Assembly (NCBI RefSeq): GCF_040938485.1
Contig: NW_027271094.1
Location: 1,736,001-1,800,000 of the forward strand
Direction of reading: 5' to 3'
DNA: 64,000 nucleotides
DNA from: Diadema antillarum
Taxonomy: Eukaryota
Positions 53,112 through 63,500 of the stretch are shown here, in pieces (position 1 is the first letter of the stretch; the number at the start of each line of letters is the position of its first letter). Both the position numbers and the translations under genes were made by a program. Under the pieces are notes generated by a model. The model did no database searches. It had not been told where the DNA came from and worked only from the letters and a program-made list of their open reading frames with translations.

Positions 53112-54438
53112 GTTAGAATCCGCCCCCCTCTGGTTTTAGCATAGCCAAAGAAGCCCGGCCTGATTAGGGTTAGTGATAGCCATGATAAAAATTTGTGTGC
53201 ATAAATACTCAAGTTTGGAGTGTTTCCACCATTTTTATCACTGAATAGGGTAATTCTTCAATCAGTTTCGATAAAAACAACTTGATGCAAGATTTCAAGA
53301 AAGGACAAGTTCACCTTCCCATAGATTTGGACTGAGTGAATGCAGCAGTATTAGTCAAACACAGTGAAAGTTTCGGGAAAATTGGACAATCTGCTCAAAA
53401 GTTATGAATTTTGGAGTTTCCCTGCCACCATCCCTGGATGAGAAGACTCCTACAGTTAGTGATGTCACATGCATAGAATGATATAAAGAAAATGTAAAAA
53501 AAAAAGAAACGAAACATATTTTCACTTTTCTCGCATGATAAAAGAGCACTTGACTTGCCTCTTTTGAAGGCTTTGGGAATGATATTACCCTTAACATACA
53601 TCAGTAACAAGTCAAGGGAATGTGTACATTTTTCAGAAAATGGAATTTTGTAAATTCTCTTTGTGTTTTCTTTATATCATTATACGCATGTGATATGATC
53701 TGTAGTGGTCTTCTCATCCAACAGTGACTGCAGAGAAACTTAAAAACTTCTTACCATCTCAGCAGATTGTCCAATTTTCCTCAAATTTTAACTGATGTGT
53801 TCCATTGCTGCAGTCACTCAATCCACATGTATATTGAGGTGAACTTGTCCTTTGATTTGAACAAAAGTGAAGTTATCAGGACCATGATAAGCTGCCCAAT
53901 CAGCAATGAGTGTTGGTCTGTTACCAGGGTTTGCCATCGAGGGCCCATCTCAGGCGGAGATCAAGTGCAAAGACAACGGGGATGGATCCTGCGAAGTGTC
54001 GTACTTCCCCACCGTGCCCGGAGAGTACGCAGTCCACGTCACTTACGAGGAGGAGGATATACCAAACAGCCCCTACATCGCCAAAGTTCAGCTCGACGCC
54101 GGTGGATTCGATGCGTCAAAGGTACAAAAACAGAGTGTTCTCTCCTGAGGTATTTTGGTGTGGTTTTATTCATAACACTAGTGGTCTATTTGTATCAAAA
54201 GTCTCTTTTATCTCGACAAGATGTGATGATATTGCAAAAACAAACCACTGACATTGATTGTTGTCAAAGGGAGCTTATGTTTTGATAACGTAGTTTCGTA
54301 GATGAACAAAGGTTTGCGTAAATGGTCAAGTTATGCATTGTTGAAATAATATTCTAGATTGACAGAAACAAACTGCCTATAATTGATGGATCAGATTTAT
54401 TGGTGGGTTGTCAATGCAAGTCAAGACAGAGAGCTCTT

Positions 54439-54509
<71 letters not shown>

Positions 54510-57500
54510 CTGCTTGTATGTATGTGTGTATATTCTTCTCTTGGTCAGCTTGGATTGTGTTGCCAGGCAGCACAACTCCTACCATGCCTCATATTTCCTG
54601 TCTCTTGCCCTCCTTCAGGTGAAGGCATTTGGACCAGGCCTGAAGCCAGACGGCATTGAGATCAAGAAACGAACCGAGTTCACCGTCGACGTCAAGCAGG
54701 CAGGCAAAGCCGAACTCATCATCGACATCAAAGACCAGTGGGGTAACAAGGTCGAGGCAGAGGTCAAGGACAACAAGAATGGTACATACACCGTGTACTA
54801 CACCCCAGAGCACCCCCTCAAACATACCGTCGCCATCACGTGGGGAGGAGTCAGTATTCCAGACAGCCCCTTCAAGGTAATGTAAAAGTTAGCTTATGCT
54901 TGTCCAGTCCTTGTATCCTGAGCAGGTGTAACGACGCCGCATTTGAGTAGTTCCCAGCCTTCAGATTATTGTAAATAAATGGCAACAGGAATATTACATC
55001 TTTAAGAATACCCCTACAGGTGTCATTAAATATTTTTCTTATCACAATCACAAAATTTCACAAAATTTCTGTTATAGATATTTTGTGACCTGCAATACCA
55101 CTCGAGCTGTAGTACATGAAGTCCCATCATTATGGTTGAAAAAAAAAAGAGACAAAAAGAAGGAAAAATACCAATTGTAATACACACCATGACAAAGGGA
55201 AAATGGTGTTACGTACAACAGTGATAATCTTCCTTGTGTGTTTATGTGGAATGTTTTGTGGTCGCTTACTTCATTACTTTAATTCTGATCAACAATTAAA
55301 TTCTTTTTTTTTTTCATGATGACCAGTTTACTAGACAGTGAATTGTCCCACTTCAAACTTTGAAGGATAGCTGTATGGTAGTAAATGCCAATATTGTTAT
55401 GGCACTATCGGTATGTTTTGGGATGATGTATTCAGTTTCAGACTGTGTGTCCATCTTACCGCAGGTGTCTGTTGGTGGTGGTATCAGCAAGGTCAAGGTG
55501 TATGGTCCTGGAGTTGAGCCAAGCATGGTGAAGGCCAAGACCCCAACCCAGTTCACTGTGGACTGCAAAGAGGCAGGCAAAGGTATCGTATCATACAATA
55601 GTGTCAGAAGCTGGAATACATCATCATTTATTACCCTTTAGTGCCAGTGAGTCAACTGTGCACAAATTTTGCACACAATCCTATGAACAGGTAATTAATG
55701 TGGCATGCAAAGAGTTAATTTAGAATCCAGTCCTCTTAAAGTAGAAACAAGACAAAAAGAAAGCAAAAACACACAAACAAACCAACAAGCAATATCCAAA
55801 TAGAGTGATGTAAAACAATATTGAGCATTTGGCTGGAAATGCATGCAGATGTACTCTGTAGTTCATTCAATGTCCTGTGACAAACACTTAATATCTAAAA
55901 CAAACAAAAAACTATTGCCCAAATCATCATTATAGATTTAAGATGAAATGAAATATGACATTGTCTAATAATTATGGAAATTTATTCTTAATGTGAACAA
56001 GTTTTCATATAACGCCTGCAAAAAAGGAGAAAGAAATATAAAACCAATGTGAGTATTCTTGTAGTTCCTCATTTTTCTTATTTTTTCTTGAAAGAAATAG
56101 ATGGATTCCTGCCTACACTGTATTAATACGCTGTGTAATACTGCATGTTAGAAATTCTGTGTCTTAAATGTTTTAGTGCTGGTGTTACATGCAGAAACTC
56201 ATTGGCGGATACAGGTGGGGGCGCACCGGGCGCGCGCTTTCCTTCCTCTTTGTTAAAACAAAAGAAATAAGAAAAAATGGAGGGGGGCGCTTGCGCCCCT
56301 TCCTTTAATTTTTGTAAAGGTGCCCCCCCCCCCCTTTACAGAATTCCTGAATCCACCCCTGAAACTGTATGACAAAAGCCAGTGTCTGCACATACTTTGA
56401 AGTTCATTGTTTCTACCTGTTGTCCCCATTCCTCCCTTGCCGCCCGTCCCCTCCCCCCCCCCCCACAGCACCTATTGCTGTGTCCATTAAGTCCAAGCCA
56501 GGGGTCAATGGTCCCAAGGAGAAGGAGATTCCTGTGAAGGTCAAGGACAATGGAGATGGTACCTTCACTGCTGACTATACCCCAGAAGGTCCCGGCGACT
56601 ACACCGTCGGTGTCAAGTACGGCGGCACAGAGATACCGCAGAGCCCCATCAACGTCGGTGTGGTGCCGGACGTCGAGGTTGGCAAGATCCAGATTGCAGA
56701 GCTGCAAGAGAGTGAGTAGACACGTCGGCATGGTTCTTAGCATGCTAATATTTCCTCTTCCGTACTCCACCAGAGGTTTGTTGTTTTGTTTGCTAGTGTC
56801 ATATGATTGCTTGTTATGTTTAGGTGCTGATGTTATGTTGCTGTGAGGGGTGATGTTGTTGACGTTCTGACTAATTTCAAGGGGATTTTAGTCAGAGGCT
56901 TGCAAAATTGTGATGATTTTTTTCTCTTTTTTTTTGGGGGGGGGGGGAGGGAAAGAGGGAAGTGAGATATGTATCAAACAAAGGTTGATGTTTTCCTTTC
57001 CCTAAAGTTACATCTTCTTTTTCACTGCTATGCAAGTGCATGAATTCCAGTTTCTTTCAATCTAGGCACTACTTATGTCTGTATCAAAATGATAAATGAA
57101 GATTATGAAAGGTATGATGAAATTACACAGTCCCAATTTTTAGTCCTGTACCTACCCACTGTTCATGCAGTTCATATATCGCTACTAAACCCTCCATTTA
57201 CTACGTACACTTCGTAAGATGTTTGAATATTTATGTTGACACCACTGCAATGACAGTGACTTTTGCTATATTTGCCAGGTTTGGTCACCAAATAGAATGC
57301 TTTAAATTGTGTATGTTTTTGTACAGCCAGCAATTAATTTCTAAAGTTTCTCAATGTCAAATTACCCCAGTTAACAGCATGATTGCCGCAGACCCGTCTT
57401 ATTCATTTGTTTCATTGACCTGGAATGACTGAGGTCAGTCCCATGCATGTTAATGTTTGTTTTGTCTTAATCGGTTGCGCATGGATTGTTTGCAGGCGTA

Positions 57501-60500
57501 GAGGTAGGCAAAGAAAATGCCTTTAAGGTTGATACCTCCCTGGCTGGGAATGGGGAGCTCGAAGCATTCCTGACAGATCCCGATGGAGAAATAGTTCCTG
57601 TCAATGTGGTTCCCGTGGAGAATGGATTTGAGTGTAGGTTCACTCCGACCAAAGAAGGCCCGCATGAGCTGGATATGAAGTATGGCGGCTGCCCCATGCT
57701 AGATAAGCCGATATCACTCACTGGCATTCCCAAGCCGGATGCTTCCAAGGTCCTCGCCGAAGGTGATGGTCTCAGATCTGGTCGGGTGGACAAGCCCGCC
57801 AACTTCATGATCGACATCCGCAAGGCTGGTCGAGGCGCTCTGGGCGTCACCATCGAAGGTCCCAGCGAGGCCGAAATTGACTGCCAGGATAACGGAGACG
57901 GCACTTGCGCTGTTTTCTACACACCCAGCACTGTCGGCGTTTACAACATCAACATCACGTTTGACGAAAAGCACATCCCCGGCTCGCCCTTTGCGGCCAA
58001 GGTGGTCGACCCTTCCAAGGTGAAGGCGAGTGGTCCCGGCCTTGTCAATGGTGCCTTTATGGACTTTCCCTGTACCTTTGAGCTTGACTGCCGAGATGCC
58101 GGTCCACCGTTTGATGACTACGATCAAGACACCGACCTTCCCATCAAAGTCATGGCCACGGGACCAGATGGTGACATCCTCAAAGTAAACGTGGAGCCAG
58201 TGGAAGAAGACATCTATAAGGTGACGTACTTCCCTGAGAAGACCGGTCCCAATACCCTTGATGCTATCTACTGTGGTGAGGACATCCCCATCTTTCCTCA
58301 GGCCGTTGAGGTACAGGACCCCATTGATCTGGATAAAATCGTGCTGGACGGAGCAGGCCTCGATGAGGGTAAAACATTACTACCTCTGGTCTGGGTTGCT
58401 AAAAAATTCACTCAAGCTTCTCTCGCTCACCACAGGTTTCTTCCATCAAACCATATATACTCTGTTTCCTTATTGCATATTACTCTATCTGCTCTTCTCC
58501 AGTACTGTCTTTCGTATAGCCTTGGTGTTCATGGCAACAAAAGATTTTATCCTGCACTGGAAAATCCAACAAGTACTATAATTGACATCCACCTGTCTTC
58601 TGCTATAGTTTAATATATTAATGCTGGTGTGTGTTTTGTAATAAAGACTGTTTTGTGTACTACTGATAAAATCTCCACTTACACTGTAACACAAACTTGC
58701 TGAACATTTGCTGTGTTTCATTACAGACTTACAACAATGACGAGATCTAAAGGATATCAATTCATGTGACTTCAAATCAAAACTCCCATGTGCTGTGGTG
58801 TACTTTATCACCAAATAGCACACATTCACATTCTACCAACATTAATAATGTTTTAGTGGTTTTTATGCTGGGTGACACATTTTACTGCAAAATTTGGGTG
58901 ATAAAATCGTAGAACAAGGCTGCAAAGAAGTGATCAAAGCTTGATGCCACCTGAAAAGTATCTCCATTTCTAAAAAAGAAAGAAAGAAAAAAAGAAAGAA
59001 ATGCACCCAGAGTGCTACTTAAAAGGCACCTAATTGGTTAGCATTACTTTATTTTGATGATACATTTTAGAACACTTACTATAAGAGATTAGTACAGTGA
59101 CTTTATGGGTATCATACAGTTTTAGGTAGTAAATTTTTATGGTAAACACAGGAACAGAATTGAAAGGTGTAGGATTTGTGTGTAAAGAAGCGATATTGAT
59201 GGTTTGATAGGAAACAATTCACCGCAGTCTTACAATACAGTCATTCAGAAGGGTGTGCAGAAAGTTCACTTTTTTCAGGCAGGTGTTCAGTTCAACATGA
59301 CTCAACTATAGCTGTATGCTGCAGGCTGTCTGACTGGCGCGTGAATGCTCATTAGCAAGATTATCATGAAGATCAACTAAATAAAAATATTCCTAATATA
59401 GAATATAATTTCCATTTGATGCAAGCTCTTGGTTCGCTCAACAGTGAAATGAAAATGGTACATCAGGATTTTGTAGGAAAACATAAATGAGTGTTGCTTT
59501 AATGCTTGTCTTGCCTTTGTAGAAAATAATGTACATATATTTCTCATTACTCATTGCGGCCAAAAGAAATGATTGTGTTGATTCCATTTGGAACATGAAC
59601 TTGAAACTGATGTCTTCACACAATTAGGTAATTTTTCAATGATTCCCTCACACTAATTATGATCAAGACTTCATTTTAAATGGGAACTCTGTCACCACTT
59701 GGAAATTGTGTGCCTTCTAGTTTGTGTATCAATCCTACGCATGACAAGAAACACTGTGTCTATCAAGAGACACATTTTCTAACTCAGAATTTCAGTGTTT
59801 GTCACACGTCAGAAATAAATACATCCTTAAATATATTGGCTCAAGAGTTATTTCATATGGTGAAGGTTGAATTAACTTGGTGCAGGTTATTTATTTATTT
59901 ATTTTTTTTCACATACTGACTTTGAGAGAAGAACTTTTGCAGGGCTGTGATCCATTTTCTGATTAACACATCTCTGATAATATTTTTCTCCAGGGTGGAA
60001 GGCTGTCTCTTTCATGCTGTAACCAATCACACAAGTTTGGATAATGAATAACACAACTAATTTCACAATTTATCACAAGCCAGTATGCAGTGGATTAATG
60101 AAGAGCTAATTCACATGAGGGGCATGTTGAATCAATGAGATCTAACTAACCTGGACACTTTATTTGTAGTTTTTGTAGCCAATATACCTGTCTGTACAAA
60201 GCAACAACAACATCAGAACAACATCAGAACAACAACAGACAAACAGAGCTGAGTGTATGAACAAAACATTTGTTTGTTATGTGCCTCATAGTTTTACAAA
60301 ATAAGAACAAATTCTTCATTATGGGCTCACAACTGTTTGTCATTACCGAGGATTCTGAATACAACATATATTATTGATTGAAATGTATGCTGTTATGAAA
60401 TCTGATTGCCTTGTTGCTATGTTGTCTGCTTTTCTCATTTAACAAATAGAGTTTTCTTCCATAATGTACTTTGTTATGTCTGATAATTTTGCACATGATT

Positions 60501-63500
60501 GTCACAAATATATAGTGATCATTTTACTACTAAAGTGGTAGTCTGTGCACACTATTTCATTTCACTAGTTTGCACCCCATGTGTACCTGTCAGAAGAAAT
60601 TGTATTAATTTTTTCAATGTTCCAATGTGGCTTCAGCTCTTTGTATCTGCTTTGATAAAGTAAGACTGTATTGGCATGACCATCTGTTTCATTGCCTGTT
60701 AATAAAGAATCATTTGCTTTTATGCCCATGTATTTATAATCATTTAATCCATGTAGTGGTTTAGCATTCATTTCTTTCTATTATTATGGCAAACATATGT
60801 GGAACAAAAGCCATCATATGAATGTCAAATTCAGTTTCTACCCCCTGCTTTTATAAATTTTAAATACGTATATTTTGATTGTTGCTTGTACATTGTAGCT
60901 TCTCATAAACAGCTTATGACAAATCATGTGATAACGGACACTCATCTCTTTCCATCTTGAAGGCAATGTCATAATAAGTGGACTAATATATTGCACCCAT
61001 CAGATAGCTATAGTCACATGTGATATTGGTCTTGAATAGTCATAAATGTCTCCCGTACTGTTGCTGTGAAAGCTACCTGCCGCTGCTTGCATGGTCATTA
61101 GCAGACATAAAGGAGATATTGACTTTGTTTGTGCTGAGTATTCCAATACCAAGTACTGCAATGTCTGTGAAATGAATTCAATGTGATTAGCATTTACATT
61201 CAATTACAATAAGAGAAGTAAACATGAAAAGAGCTGAAGGGTTAACACTCTTTTGCTCTTGTGCTTAAAACATCTTAAGTGACAATATCTATTTGAATGT
61301 TTTTGTATCTTTCTGCCAATGATTTCATGCTGAAATATTCCAACCTGCAATTATGCAGGGTTTCAGTTAACTTTACATTGAATTTTATAGCATTACATGA
61401 GTACTAAACACCATCAAACTCGTATGAAATCCTCTCAATCAGCTTTGAATTTTGAGACAGGGCATGAGTTTATTTCAATTTGATTTCATGTAATTGCCAT
61501 CATTTTTGTGTTACCTTGGCTTAGATTAGAATGAGAAATGTTTCCAAATTTCCATCTGTTAATAAAGCAGTCCAGATATCTAGTACTAGTGGCTGTGTCT
61601 TGCTTAAGAATGAAAACTGTTGACCACAGTATGTACTGAAGTGAGGATTCCATAATCCTGTCACTTCTTCAACTTAAGTTAGCATCAGAACTTTTTATGT
61701 GTAGATGATGCTGTATTCTCTTTGATTGTCATAAGTAAACGAATTTGTAAACAGCAACTCGTTTAATCTTTTCATTTTTTGTTATACTACCCTTTGACGT
61801 ATAGCTGTTTTCTGCGAGTGTCCAACCTACTTCAAGGTGGACGCCACCCAGCTGCCCACACCCCTGGACACATCGCTTCTCAAAACGGACGTGACCACCC
61901 CGACGGGCAAGAAGCTGAAGCCTACCATAAAGGACAACCAGGACAAGACTTGCACCGTCAGCTACACCCCTGTGGAGCAGGGTGTGTAACCTGTCTTGTC
62001 TCCCCAAATCTCCTTTACACTATCCAAAGTAGTTTTATGTAGTTAGTGGGTTCCCATGACAACTTGGAAATGATATCCGAAGATGTATACATAACAATAG
62101 AGAAAGGCTGTAAAGAGGAGTGTTTTGGAAACCAATGTTAACACTGATATTCCCTGTTACTAGACTTGCCTATTACTTTCTTCTTTCTTGAGCTGTGTTT
62201 TGAAAATTTCTCTTTAGACCTTCAGTATGTTACTAGTTTAAGTGTAAGCATTGTAAATACTCATAACCATTTAATTATATTGATTCATGTAATGCATCAT
62301 GGCTGTATAGAATATATCTCTGAAACAGATGGAAATTCATCTTAAAAAGAGTTGACTAAATTGGTGCATCCCATTTACTGCCTGCAACATACGAGCATTC
62401 TTCAAGATGATTATGTTGATTCTTTAAGAGATACATATTTTCACCAGCTAGAAGACACAACAGGATAGTGTCCCATGACAACAACAGAGTTACTTCAAGG
62501 AATGAGTTTGTAATGACCCCTTAATTGCCTGCTATTCTCAGAAAGTGACTTGGTTTTAATAGTTAGGTATACTCTTTCTTCTTCCTGACTATCATCAGGT
62601 GAGCACAAGGTCGATGTTACCTTTGCTGGCCAGCCACTTGGCAAGTCACCCTACACCACCCAGGCCGTCCCTGGCCACGATGCTTCCAAGGTCAAGGCCT
62701 ATGGTCCAGGTCTAGAGGCCGGTCTGACCAAGAAGCCTGCTAAGTTTACAGTGGAGACCAGGAACGCCGGCAAGGGAGGACTAGGCATTCTCATTGAGGG
62801 TCCCTCGGAACCCAAGATGAGCTGTGTGGACAACAAGGATGGCACCGCCACCGTGGAATACCTTCCCGAGGTTCCTGGAGACTACGCTGTCCATGTCACC
62901 TTTGCCGACGAGGCTATCCCAGGTCAGTGTTGTCTAGGCGACAGGGTGTCCTTACATGACTAATCAAAGATATTTGCTTTTGTGTTAGGAGTTAGAAAGG
63001 CACATATAGTCAGATAGATATATACAATGTTGTCAGCAGGATTCAGTTTTCAATGAAAAGCAAATTAACATGGCTGAGCAGAAATTAGAAAGATGCTTAC
63101 CATAGCATACCCTGGTGATACTTGTGACTTTTGCCACCTTCTTTTCAGTTTTGTGTGTGCATAAATGATGTCATCGAATGCAAAGTGTGTGCTACAAACT
63201 TTTGAATCTTTCAATGTTTAGATACGAATTCTGTTATATATCATTGGCTGAGAACCAGAATAGCTTTATTGCAATTTGGGGGGGGGGGGGGAGGGAGGGG
63301 TATTGAGATATTGGTATCATGTTGTAGAGCTTGATCTTCTGTACATTATGGTGTCAATTTCATAATATTTTCATTTTCAGTAAAACGTTAAAAATCAAAA
63401 CCACAAGGGTGCTATTTTGTCCTATATGTGGAACAGTGCTTATAAATCTACCCACTTTTGACTGAATGAACTTTTTATTTCATGAAAATCTATTGCATTA

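Noticed and set aside
53767-54285. 172-aa plus-strand ORF over exon 10
   Set aside because: Wrong frame of a filamin exon plus MITE sequence.
56712-57495. Search for a hidden repeat-7 exon
   Set aside because: No Ig-repeat-like reading frame is present, and the repeat 6/8 junction lies inside exon 13.
57467-58127. Long antisense ORFs opposite filamin exons (also 56336-56770, 63440-63919, 27873-28202)
   Set aside because: Shadow ORFs caused by the codon bias of the sense exons.
58369-58613. Read-through of the exon 14 ORF into the intron as a possible terminal exon
   Set aside because: The extension is hydrophobic, low-GC and non-filamin, and a good donor exists at 58369.
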